Source: Octopus bimaculoides
Taxonomy: Eukaryota
Direction of reading: 5' to 3'
Assembly: GCF_001194135.2 (NCBI RefSeq)
Contig: NC_068997.1
Span: 8,543,720-8,607,719, forward strand
Length of the DNA stretch: 64,000 nt
Shown: piece after piece, positions 1 to 11,930 of the stretch
Numbering within the stretch: position 1 is the stretch's first letter
How the letters are laid out: each line of letters opens with the position of its first letter
Notes under the pieces: model-generated
Seen by the model: only the letters and a program-made list of their open reading frames with translations
What the model was told of the DNA's origin: nothing
The model's database searches: none
Program-made: the position numbers and the translations under genes

Positions 1-109
1 TATCTCCCCCTTTCTTAGCTCTCCTGAAATAAGAATTTCTAACTTCCGGTCAGCCATTGTTATGATCGGCCATTATTATGATTGACCGTTGACTGAACAC
101 TATTCAATT

Positions 110-262
110 TTTTTTCTTCGTGTTTTTCTCCTTGTCTCCGTATTCTTTCTGTTGAAGAGCGTAGCTCGAAACGTCAAAGACTTTCCGTATTCCCGAGCGT
201 CATACTAATACATCCTTTTGTTATTTACACCACCTGTCCTCGTCTGTTGTTATTATTTGTAT
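110..262 (+). mobile_element. Penelope-like terminal (pLTR-type) repeat carrying a hammerhead-like motif; copy 1
   Basis: Aligns by eye to 39610-39750 (ttctccttgt..gaagagc..ctcgaaa..aaagactt..gagcgt..tacaccacctgtc). The Penelope link is inferred from the minimal hammerhead motif. Confidence 0.5.
144..180 (+). ncRNA. Minimal type-I hammerhead ribozyme-like motif (A6U core variant)
   Basis: TCTTT [stem I] CTGTTGA-A-GAG-cgtag-CTC [stem II] GAA-ACGT [palindromic stem III] C [GUC site] AAAGA [pairs with TCTTT]. Confidence 0.55.
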
Positions 263-267
263 ATTCT

Positions 268-302
<35 letters not shown>

Positions 303-360
303 GAGAGAGAGACAGACAGACAGACAGACACACACACATACACACACACACATGTATGAG

Positions 361-495
361 AGGCTTATTCACATTGTGTCTCCCAAAAATTCTACTCTGA
401 AGGTTTTGGTTAGCCAGGGGCAAACCAAAGCGTTCAGAAGTCCCACACAATAGGACTGAACTTGAAACCATACGGTTGGGAAGCAAAATTCTCAA
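361..495 (-). mobile_element. tRNA-derived SINE family A, degraded 5' part
   Basis: Reverse complement resembles the family A head (..ccaaccgtatggtttcaagttcagtcc..). Confidence 0.5.
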
Positions 496-1771
496 AAATG
501 CAGCCTGCATGAGGAAATGTAAATAGATAAGATGTTCCAATTTATCAGTGCTTAAATATATAGACCTTCCAAAGACTGAAACACTGTCTTTTCTAAGCCT
601 TTTGGATGAAGGAGTATCAACTGCAGAGCTAAACGGAGAAAAGAACATTGGCCTGAAGGATAGAATGTGCTTGAGACGTTTCTGGAAGATCTGATAGCTA
701 TCATTCTATACTTTGCCTATCTCTCTACCGTTAGGGGATCTGGGTCACAAAGATTTTTGATTGCCCTGCTCAGAAAAACAATAAAAGATCTGCAGCCGTA
801 GATATGGAATCCTGATAGGCCATTTTTACCATTATCTCTTATCATCTCAGTTGCTTCTGTTTTAAAATAAATAATATATATTTTTATTTACAAATGTGTA
901 TGTAAGCATGCATGCTTCTATAATATGCATGTGCAAATACGTATATTCACACACACACACACACACACACATGTATAGTAAAAATTAGCTATTTATTTTG
1001 CCAACTTTCATGGCCTGTTGTGAGTTGTTCTCCATATTAGGTAATGAAATTGTGTTGAATTATATTGGAAAGAGACCAAAAATTAGGTTTGCATAGAAAT
1101 TTGTCATAATGAATAATTTACATTAATATTTCATGGATAAGAAAATGAAAATGTAATAATTGCTATAAATGCAATAAATGTACTTAGTTAATGAAAAGGC
1201 TAAATGCTTTTTTGTTTGTTTGTTTGTTTGCTGGCTTGCTTTTTTTTTTTTTTNNNNNNNNNNNNNNNNNNNNNNNNNNNNNNNNNNNNNNNNNNNNNNN
1301 NNNNNNNNNNNNNNNNNNNNNNNNNNNNNNNNNNNNNNNNNNNNNNNNNNNNNNNNNNNNNNNNNNNNNNNNNNNNNNNNNNNNNNNNNNNNNNNNNNNN
1401 NNNNNNNNNNNNNNNNNNNNNNNNNNNNNNNNNNNNNNNNNNNNNNNNNNNNNNNNNNNNNNNNNNNNNNNNNNNNNNNNNNNNNNNNNNNNNNNNNNNN
1501 NNNNNNNNNNNNNNNNNNNNNNNNNNNNNNNNNNNNNNNNNNNNNNNNNNNNNNNNNNNNNNNNNNNNNNNNNNNNNNNNNNNNNNNNNNNNNNNNNNNN
1601 NNNGAAGAATAAAAGGATAGGATGGAAGATGTAAATGATGTGCTTGGTATGAAGTTTCTAGAGTAATTCACTCACACAGAATAAAGAGAGAAGAAAGAAT
1701 CTTATTGAGTATCAATCATATTAAATTATTAAACGAGCAAACCAGAACAAATCTATAAGCAATCTCTTCAT

Positions 1772-2058
1772 TGGTTAGAGTGTCGAGCTTACGATCGTGA
1801 GGTAGTGAGTTCAATTCCCGGACTGGGCTGCGTGTTGTGTTCTTGAGCAAGACACTTTATTTCACGTTGCTTCAGTTAACTCAGCTGTAGAAATGAGTTG
1901 CGACATCACTGGTGCCAAGCTGTATCGGCCCCTTTGCCTTTCCCTTGGATAACATCGGTGGTGTGGAGAGGGGGAGGCTGGTATGGATGGGTGACTGCTG
2001 GCCTTCCATAAACAACCTTGCCTGGACTTGTGCTTCGCAGGGTTACTTTCTAGGTGCA
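1772..2058 (+). mobile_element. tRNA-derived SINE family D variant
   Basis: A/B-box head (tggttagagtg..gagttcaattccc), then ttgagcaagacactttatttcac; near-identical to 55570-55893. Confidence 0.8.
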
Positions 2059-2586
2059 AATATTATTTTAGCAAGTTTAAAGTGATTTTGTTTTCTGCTA
2101 TAAACCATTTACTATTTCTCTGGTACCCCTTCTTCCTTTGATGCCCTAAGCCAGGCATGTATCCACAGGGGAGCCATGGGGTGCTCAGCACCCCCCAGTT
2201 AGAATCTCAGCCCCCCGCCTCCCCAGTTTGAGAATTTGCTTTATTCACTTTTGAAATAATACATTGTCGCATAAGCAATATCGGAAGTCACTAAAAATGC
2301 AATAAATTGAATTTCTTTTGATTTAGTAGTTAGTGATATGAAAAACATGGGTAAATTAGAGCTGGTCCAAAGCTGTAATTGTTGTAGTAGAATTGGCTGC
2401 TGACCCGGTCATCAACTGTGGGTTGAATTAAGGAGTGGCTGACACTGGGTCATTTGTTGTTGTTGTGGTGGTGGTGACGGTGGTAGTGGTGCTGGTGATT
2501 GTCCTTGTTGCTGTTGAAAAGTATGTGAAGAATTGTTGCTGTAGTTAGAAATTTATGGTAGTAAACGCATCAGCACCACTACACAC

Positions 2587-2629
<43 letters not shown>

Positions 2630-3007
2630 CAGAGATGGACATTCAAAAGCCATTTTATTTCTACTTGTCAGAGAGAGGATTATTATTCGTGAAAAAGCAA
2701 AGAAAATTTTTGAAACTTCCCAAAANNNNNNNNNNACAAAATTACTTGAACTGAAATCTCTTACGAGTTTAATTTAAAAATACATAAATTTTAAGAAACT
2801 GTTACTCTTACTACGATATTCTACCTTAGAATTAATTATTGCGAATATCAGTACCCAAAAATAATGAATCCCTATCGAAAAAGGGAACTGAAAGAATCAT
2901 TGCTGAATTTCCAATCTGATTCACCTAATAATGCTAAACAGAAGAGAATTGCAAACGAAGTTTCACAGCTCAAGGGAGGTCTTGCAAAGTCTTTGACTCC
3001 CTCATTG

Positions 3008-3801
3008 GGGTCTTTCTGATTTGGCAGGCGCCACTTTTTATTTATGTTTTATTTAGTGTGTTTTCTACCGAAACACTTTCAAACTTCGTATACTTGTATA
3101 TTTTGTGTTATAGAACAGATAAGAAATTTTGTATTCGAAGTTATTTCATGCAAAAAATTGTATTTCGGTAATTTCAACCAATCACTAACGTCTATTGAAG
3201 TGAAAACAATTACTGCTATGGATTGTCAACAAAGCGTTGTGCTGTGTAATGGGATCTTTTCCCTTGAATAAAATTAATGCCGTTGTTTGTCAACAACAAC
3301 TATCGGCGGTACTGTTATTTATGACATCGTTCGTGAGTTTGTACTGGTTTTAGCTTTAGGGTTTTAGGGTTAGGGTTCAGATTTTAGAGTTAGGGTTAGG
3401 GTTATGAATATTGGCAAAAATACTCATAACCCGAACCCTAAAACCCTAAAGCTAAAACCAGTGCAAACGCACGAACGATGTCATAAATAACGGTACCGCC
3501 GATAGTTGTTGTTGACAAACAACGGCACTAATTTTATTCAAGGGAAAAGATCCCATTACACAGCACAACGCTTTGTTGACAATCCATAGCAGTAATTGTT
3601 TTCACCTCAATAGACGTCAGTGATTGGTTGAAATTACCGAAATACGACAATTTTTTAACATGAAATAACTTCGAATATAAAAATTTTTATCTGTTCTATA
3701 ACACAAAATATACAAGTATACGAAGTTTGAAAGTGTCTTGGTAGAAAATGCACTAAATAAAACATAAATAAAAAGTGGCGCCCGCCAAATCAGAAAGATC
3801 C
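3008..3801. mobile_element. Foldback/MITE-like palindromic element with TTAGGG-like repeats near the apex
   Basis: The left arm (tctttctgatttggcaggcgcc...) is the reverse complement of the right arm (...ggcgcccgccaaatcagaaaga) for ~380 bp; loop 3413-3418; no TSD seen. Confidence 0.9.
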
Positions 3802-5389
3802 GTCAAACCCTTTAGTTTGACCGGAATGTGTAGGGGTAGGTAACGATGCCGGGAGAGGGTGGAAGGGAGGTGGGTAGGAGTGAAGAGAAGTAGGTGTCAG
3901 AGCAAGAGAGGAGAGGTGGGTGAGAATGAAGGGAGGAAATAGGTGTGAGAGGAAGAGAGGAGGGGTAGATGAAGAGGGGAGGGGAGTTGAGCCCATGTGA
4001 CGCAAAGGAGCGAAGAAAGAAGATTAATTCCTGTTGACGGCGAAGACGCGAGTCCCGATGGCCCCTGTGAAAGGACAATCCGAACACAGACAGGTATTGT
4101 AAAGAATGACCGGTAGAGCGGAAATGGCACGAGACCATACATGTATATATACGTATAAACGTGCGTGCGTACGGACGGATATAAGTAGAGCCATGAATCC
4201 CTGGAAATGATGGGCATGAAAATATCACCAAGGACCTCTTAATTGATACAACACCCAAACCTATAAGAGTCCCAACTGAAAAACCTTTGATGACAGGCTA
4301 AACAACAATGCGATCTTATTTCTTGGCCCTCATCTCACGAATTGTGGTTTAAAATCCCGCTTTGCATCAACGTGACTCCAACTTCGATTTCACTACTCAG
4401 CACCTTGGATAAGCGACTGCCAACCAAAGCCTTGTATTGGCCAATAATTCATAAATGCAGAAGTGATACAACGACTCGAAATATATATTAAAAAAAAGAC
4501 AACCAGCTCATATACACAAACCTGAAAGGTAGAGTCGGTCCTGGCAGGTATTGAACTCAGATCGAAAAGAATAGAGCTAAAATACTGGGAGATATCTAAT
4601 CCAGCATCCTATAAGTTTCCAATACTCGAAAACACTCAACGCCTCTTCTAAATAACAGCGATTATAAGTTTCCCTATTTTCATTTTATAAACCTGTTTGT
4701 AACGATACTAATAATTTCAAAAACAACAACAGAAACCGCAGGTAACCTTTAGTTTATGAACTTATGGCCAAGGGATGACATGAAAGATGGTAGTTGGGTT
4801 GGAATGCAAGCGGAATAAATACCAGAAAATGATCTTGGAGTATCATTTGACATTTCTCTTTCGTTTAGTTTCTTTTCCTTTTCCATATACCAATTTATAA
4901 TTCATAAGACTTGCTGAGTATAGATAGATGCAAGACAGGTGGTGGTAGTGGAGGTGTCATTTCATTCGAAGACTTAAGGTGATGGTGAAGTTAGCGTGTA
5001 CTTTTATTAAAAGCAGTTGTTTATACTTTTTAATGTGTATGTTAAAAATACACCACATGCATGTAAACACACGTGTGAGTATGCGCATGGATACCTGTGT
5101 CTGTGCGTGTATGTATGTGCACACACACATACATACATAATCATTATATAAATCAGTAACAAATTATATGTATCTGAATATATAATTATGTATATTGCAC
5201 ACACACACACACATACACAGAATTAACCGCTGATAACCCTAGGTAGCTTAAAATATTTTCCACGTGATCTCTTACTGTTTAAAAGACATTTTACTACACT
5301 ATAAAGTAAAAACAAAAATCATAATTGCATATTTAATGACATGCGTGTGTGTGTGTGCGTGAGCATGTGTAAGTGTTCGTTCGTTGAAA

Positions 5390-7385
5390 ATTGAATGGGA
5401 AAGATATATAGGGGTTGAGGTAATAAAATGACAATAAAAGAAATAAAGGAAAGAGAGGGGACAGACTTAGAGTTGAGGTGGGGGGAAAGAGGTGAGTGTA
5501 ATAAGAAGAGTAGCGGAGTGAGTGGGAAAAGTATCTAATGGTTAGTCAAGGAGTAACAGAGAGGAAGACAGAGACAGAGTAAAAAATGACAGGAAGGCGT
5601 GAGATGGCCTCATAGAAGACGGGGAAGAGATGGTGAAAGAAAAGGAAAAGTAAAAAATATAAGCGAGGGGATGACAGGAAGAAGTGAGACAGTTTAAGAG
5701 TGAGAGATAGAGCAGGGGAAAAAGAGAACTGGAGATGAGTGGGAGTGGGAGTGGAAGGCAAGCAGAGAGTAAATAGGGAGAGTAACAGTGAGAGGGGGAA
5801 ATGGACTGAGGAAATTAGAGAATGAGTGAGAAGAAACAAAACAAGATGAGGAGAGTATGATAGAAGGGAAAAGCCCGAAGGAAGGAGGAAATAAGACGGT
5901 AAGGCCTATCGGAATGGGAAAAGAGAGGGGGGAAAAATTAAAAGAGAGAGTAAAAGATCAATGAGGGAAACGGTGAAAGGAAGACAAGAGGTGTGGAAAG
6001 AGAGAGTGGCGGAAAGAGGGAGAAAGAAATAAGAACTGAAGAAGAGGAAGTGGGAGAAAGTAAAGGGAGTGGAGGAGGGTCAAATATGTTTTATGGGGGA
6101 AGTTCGAATTAGAAGGGGAGGAAAAAAAGACTAATAAATGAAACGAAGTGGATGCGCGAGTGAGAGAGGAGTGGGAAGAGGTTTATAGGGGGAAACAAAT
6201 TTAACAGGGAAAATAAAATGAAAGTAAGTGTGAGGAGTAGGAGGAGAAGAAAAGAGAATGGAGGTGGATAAAATATGATAAACGATGAGGTAAAATAGAG
6301 ATGCAAGAGAATGAGTTGAAGAGAGAGGAGAAGAGAAGTAGGCGTGGAAGAGATAGAGGGGGAAATGAAAAGTAAAGACAAAAGAATTGAGAGAGGAGGG
6401 GAAAACTGGAAATGACAGAGGAAGGGGAGGAGAAAATAAAGTAAAATGATAAAAGTGGGAGAGAGAGAGAGCGAGAGAGACTAAGAGAAATGACAATAGA
6501 GTGGATGAGGTTTAAATTAAGAGAAAAGGGGCGAGAAATGACAATAAGAGAAATGTAGTAGGAGAGAGAGAGAAGACTTAAAAAGATCGAGGTGGAGGGA
6601 GAAGAAAAGAAAGTGAGAAAGGAAGGAAAGAGAGCGAAAAGAAAAACTGAAATGTTGGAGAGAAAAAAGAGACAGAATAGAAAAGGACAGAAGGAAGAGG
6701 AAAAGCCTTAAGAAATGAGGAAATTAAATAATACAAGGAAATGGAGACATGGGGGGCGAAAAGAAAAGAGAAAGAGTAATAGAAGAGTGGAGAAATAGTG
6801 AGAGGGAGAAGATTTGAGTGAGAGTAAAAGGAAGAGGAAATATTTTTTTAAAATGACAACCAAAGGAAATTTAAATGTAAGAGACAGGGGTAGATAGAAG
6901 AGGGAAGAAGAAAGAAAATAACGAAAATGGAGAGATAGAGACTTTGTAGGGAAGAAACGGAGAGAGAGAGAATGAGGAGTAACAAAGATGAGAGAAGGAA
7001 AATATAATGGCAATAAAGGGAAAATTAGAAAGAGTAATACAAGTAGGGGCAAGAGGAACAATAGAAGTGATAGAAAGAAGGGAGAGAAAGTAATAAAAGT
7101 GATAGAAAGGGGGTATTAGATAAGAAAAGTGTAGTGAGGAAGAAGGAAGAGGAGAATTCTAAAGAGAGTGAAGAGCAAAAGGAAAGAAGGGAGGAGGAAA
7201 CCGAACGGGAATAATGAAAGTAATAGAAAACAGATAGGGAGAAATGGATAGATAGAAATAGATAGAAAAAGTCACAAAGGGAAAGAGAGAGAGGGGGATA
7301 ACTATACGAAATATAGGAAGAGGAAGATAAAAATAATGGAATACAGAAATTCACAGAAAAGCTGGTGGTGGTAGTGGTGGGTGGG
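5390..7385. repeat. ~2-kb purine-rich (GA) low-complexity tract
   Basis: + strand is overwhelmingly A/G with no fixed period. Confidence 0.9.
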
Positions 7386-7753
7386 AATAAGTAAAAAGAA
7401 ATGCAGGTCGAAGAGAAAAAGAAAGAGCATCGAAGTACCACCCAACCTGTGTGTGTGTGTGTGCGAGCGCGTTGTCATACATGTGTGTGTACGTACGTGA
7501 ATATTATGCACATATGTTTTATATGAATTTGCATATAAATGTATACAAACATATTGGCATATATCTGTTTCCTTGTGTTTGCGTGTGTGTATATATTCAT
7601 GTGTGTATGAGAGAGAGGGATAGATAGATAGATGTACGTACGAATGTGTACGTATTTACCAATCGATCTATCGAGCATTCATCTATCCATCCATCTAGCA
7701 ATCTCTTCATTCCATCACTCATTCCATCAATCAATCAATCAATCTATCTATAT

Positions 7754-7800
<47 letters not shown>

Positions 7801-8139
7801 NNNNNNNNNNNNNNNNNNNNNNNNNNNNNNNNTTTTTTTTTTTTTTTTTTTTTTGATAACCAACTGTATTATGTCATAAAATATTTCGTTCTTTCCTAGT
7901 TCAAACCATTTTTATTACTTTTGTTGCTTCTTTTCTTCTGATATAACTCACATTCAGCCACTGCTAATTCTTTCTTCTATTTCTTCTATAAGAAGAAAAC
8001 TGTCAAAAATATTCTCTCCAAAAATCCATCCTCTGGACTTCGTGCCCTCTGGAGAACAAAGAGAAAACGAATGGGTCGAGGAACGAAAGTAAAAGACAGA
8101 AAAAAGTTGAATCCCAACGGAATATTAAGTGGCAACTAA

Positions 8140-9260
8140 TTTTTAGTTTTGCTTCTTTTCCCTTTTTCCTCTTCCTTTTTCTATCCCCTTTGCCTCGTTC
8201 CTTTTCATCCTTTTTCTTGTTCTTTTTTTATCTCTTTTTCTATTTTCTTTGCTCTTCCTTTTCTCCTTTTCCATTTCTTTTCCTTCTTTTTTACCTTTAT
8301 TTTTCTTCTTTCTTCTTACATTTCCAAAAGTAGCCTCTAAGTTTTAACTTCTTTTTTTGATTCAAATTTTATTTTGCTCTTTGGATTCTTTTTTTCTATT
8401 ACAACTTCTCCCCTCTTTTCTATAAAATAACAGGAAGCAACAAGTCGGCAAAACAAGGCAAGACTTTGACAACCCTTGTCTAGGTGTTACGTTTCTTTAT
8501 TCTATTTTATTCTCATTTTACGTTTTTTCTTTCGATTTTTCTTCCTCCCGCGCACAACCCCTTAAACACTCACCAGTCTCTCTCTTTCTCTCTCTCTCGA
8601 TCTCGCTCTCTCTTCCACATCCAATTATGTGTCTCTTTTATTTTGTACTTCCTTCCTTTTCCTCCCTATCTTCCCCTAACGTTTTCCTGCATTTAACCAT
8701 TTCCATAATCTATCCTCACCCCTCTCTCTCTATCTTTCTCGCTATCTCGCTCAGTCACCCTCTCAATATATAGCTTTGTTGTGCCCATATTCTCTCTCTG
8801 TCTCTCTTTTTCTCCGTCTTTCACTGTTTTCTTCTTCAGTTATATATTTCACTTTCTCTCCCTTTTGCTCTCTTTACCATCATCATCCTCATCTCCCTCT
8901 CTCTCTTTCTCTATCTCTATGCCTTTCTTTCTTACACACATACACAAACAGTCGACTCTCTCTGCTCAGGATTCATCCAACTCAGACTTCCTTTTTTCCA
9001 CAACCTCTTTCTCAATCATCCCTCTCCTACCCTCTCACTCATCTCCCTCCTCCTACTTCCCCCTCTCTCTCTCTCTTTCTCTCTTGTACACCTCTTTCTT
9101 TCTTTCTCTTCTTATTCTCTTCGATCTCCCTTCCTTCCAGTTCATCTCTACACCCTCTCTATCTGCTTATCTACCTCTTATTGTCTTATCTCACTTTCAC
9201 TCTTACCCCTCTCTCTCTCGCTCTCGATAACTTTTTTTATCCCTCATCTATTCCTGACAC
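8140..9260. repeat. ~1.1-kb pyrimidine-rich (CT) low-complexity tract
   Basis: + strand is overwhelmingly C/T. Confidence 0.9.
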
Positions 9261-9620
9261 GCTTACATACAAGCAAGCACACGTATATATATATATATAT
9301 ATACACACACATATATATACATATACATTTACACACACGTATGTACGTGCATACTCCCACTTGTAACGCTTCTGTTTTTGTACTTTTCTTTTATCCTTCG
9401 CTCCTTCCCCTCCAACCTTCTTCTCTCCATGCTGCCATCAACATCACCACCACCACCACCACCACCACTACACTGATACCCCCCTCCTCCCATGTCACAA
9501 CTCCCACACTACTGCAATCTCCAGAGTCACAGGGTACAACATTCAAAAACAAACATAAGCCATCGCTGCCAGTCAATATGAAAGAAAATGGTGTAATTTT
9601 GCGATTGGAATACTTCTTTT

Positions 9621-9686
<66 letters not shown>

Positions 9687-9788
9687 ACTATGCATACATA
9701 TACAATACATAGATATATGCAGTACGTACATACACAAATGTGTTTGTTATTTTTCTTTTTATTTCTCTTGTTTCGTTTNNNNNNNNNN

Positions 9789-9832
<44 letters not shown>

Positions 9833-10225
9833 ACTATGCATACATATACAATACATAGATATATGCAGTACGTACATACACAAATGTGTTTGTTATTTTT
9901 CTTTTTATTTCTCTTGTTTCGTTTCATTGATGTATGGGCGACGGTGTTGAATTTGGAAGATCTGGTTTTTTTTTTTTAATTTGCACTTGTATTTTTTATC
10001 TTTTTATTGATTCGACACGAAAACTTTACGGTTTTTGCATTTCCTTTTGCTTTTTTTATTTTTTATATGATTCATTGAATGTACCACTGAATGTAACACC
10101 GTATATTACTGGTATTTTGTTGTCAGAAGAGGTGAAAGGTTGAACTTTGGTCGCAGCACTCCGTCGACGCCTTTGTATTTCATACAGTTCGATATCGATG
10201 AAATACTTGTCAAGCACTAAGGTTT

Positions 10226-10535
10226 CAGGCGCGGCTATGTGGTAAGCAGTTTGTTTCTGAAATCACATGGTTCCGGGTTCAATCCCATTGCTCAGTATCT
10301 TGGGCTGGTGTCTTCTACCAATGAGTGGATTTGCTAGACGGAAACTGAAAGAAGCCTATCATGTATATATTTATACGTGTATGTATGTTTGTCATCCACT
10401 ATTGCTTGACAACCAGTGCTGGTTTGTTTACGCTTCGTAACGTAGAGGTTCAACAAAAAGGACCGACTGAATAAGTAACAAGCTTTAAAAAAAAGTCCTA
10501 GAGTCGATTCGTTTGACTAAAACCGTTCGAGGCGA
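10226..10535 (+). mobile_element. SINE family A, diverged near-full copy
   Basis: ggctatgtggtaag..catggttccgggttcaatccc head, gacggaaactgaaagaagcc body, gaataagta tail. Confidence 0.8.
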
Positions 10536-10617
10536 TGCCACAGTCCAAAAGTCAATATTCCCGTTTCCCAAACTTTGTAGCAAATGACATAATCGATGTA
10601 AGGCGAAGATCATTATC

Positions 10618-10750
10618 ACAGAGGGCAAAATGCTTAGCGGTATTTCGTTCGTCTTTACGTTCTGAGTTCATATTCTGCCAAGGTAGACTTTGCCTTACAT
10701 CCTTTTCGATTCAGGACCGATGTACTCGACTAGCTCCTTCCACAAAATTT
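10618..10750 (+). mobile_element. SINE family C fragment
   Basis: aaatgcttagcggtatttcg..ttctgagttca..actttgcctt..atcctttt matches 35196-35425. Confidence 0.7.
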
Positions 10751-10801
10751 TCAAGACTTTTGCCTATAAATAGAAAGGATTATGATAAAATTGGTAACGT
10801 G

Positions 10802-10839
<38 letters not shown>

Positions 10840-10842
<3 letters not shown>

Positions 10843-11046
10843 GTTTGTGTGTCTGTGTTTGTCCCCCTACCATCGCTTGACAACCAATGCTGGTGTGTTT
10901 ACGTCCCCGTAACTTAGCAGTTCGGCAAAAGAGACCGATAGAATAAGTACTAGGCTTACAAAGAATAAGTCCTGGGCTCGATTTGCTCAACTAAAGGTGG
11001 TGCTCCAGCATGGCCACAGTCAAATGACTGAAACAAGTAAAAGAGT
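10840..11046 (+). mobile_element. SINE family A, 3' half
   Basis: tgtttgtcccc..gaataagtactaggcttacaaagaataagtcc..tgactgaaacaagtaaaagag. Confidence 0.85.
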
Positions 11047-11553
11047 GACGTACACCATTTTACGTTGAGTTCCGATCTTACTCGGACTACTTTGCATCTC
11101 ATCCAACTAGGGTCGATATCAATTATTCACTGTCGCAGAGGAAAAAAAAAATGTGACGTGTCTGTCCAAGAAATCATTGTTATGTATCATGAGGATTTTC
11201 CCCACCTTTAAGATGAAAAAAAAAAAGCAGTTAATCTTTATTGATGCAGTTGGGTTGTGAACAGATCGTCTTCATTTCGGCTCAAGCTATCGTTAGCTTC
11301 CTTAAGAACCACTTGAATAGGAAAGATAGGGAACATTGGCCCTCTAAGTCTAGCTGTAGGCAAGCGGCAAGAACTGGGAGAAACATTTGCCCGTGAGGCA
11401 CCAGGAAGGATAATCTCGGGTGTTGTGAGGAGATGCCTCGGATTGCCATCTATGATTCCGCCTTGGGTTAGAATCCTTTTTTGTTATATTTTGTTGATAT
11501 TTGCTTTTGTTAATTTATTATTGTTCTTTACTGATGGTGTACATTTTACCTGT

Positions 11554-11930
11554 GGAGGCGCAATGGCCCAGTGGTTAGGGCAGCGGACTTGCAGTCAAAG
11601 GGTCGCGGTTTCGATTCCCAGACCGAGCGTTGTGAGTGTTTATTGAGCGAAAACACCTAAAGCTCCACGAGGCTCCGACAGGGGATGGTGGCAAACCCTG
11701 CTGTACTCTTTCACCACAACTTTCTCTCACTCTTACTTCCTGTTTCTGTTGTGCCTGTAATTCAAAGGGTCAGCCTTGTCACACTGTGTCACACTGAATA
11801 TCCCCGAGAACTCTGTTAAGGGTACACGTATCTGTGGAGTGCTCAGCCACTTGCATGTTAATTTCACGAGCAGGCTGTTCCGTTGATCGGATCAACTGGA
11901 ACCCTTGACATCGTAAGCGACAGAATGCCA
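11554..11930 (+). mobile_element. tRNA-derived SINE with a distinct body and the family D 3' tail
   Basis: ggcgcaatggcccagtggttagg..ggtttcgattccc head; tail (gccttgtcac..ctgtggagtgctcagccacttgc..gatcaactggaac) shared with 12761-13070. Confidence 0.75.

Noticed and set aside
9640-9925. ~140-bp exact tandem duplication
   Set aside because: The identical copies straddle a 10-N gap; typical overlap artefact of unmerged contig ends.
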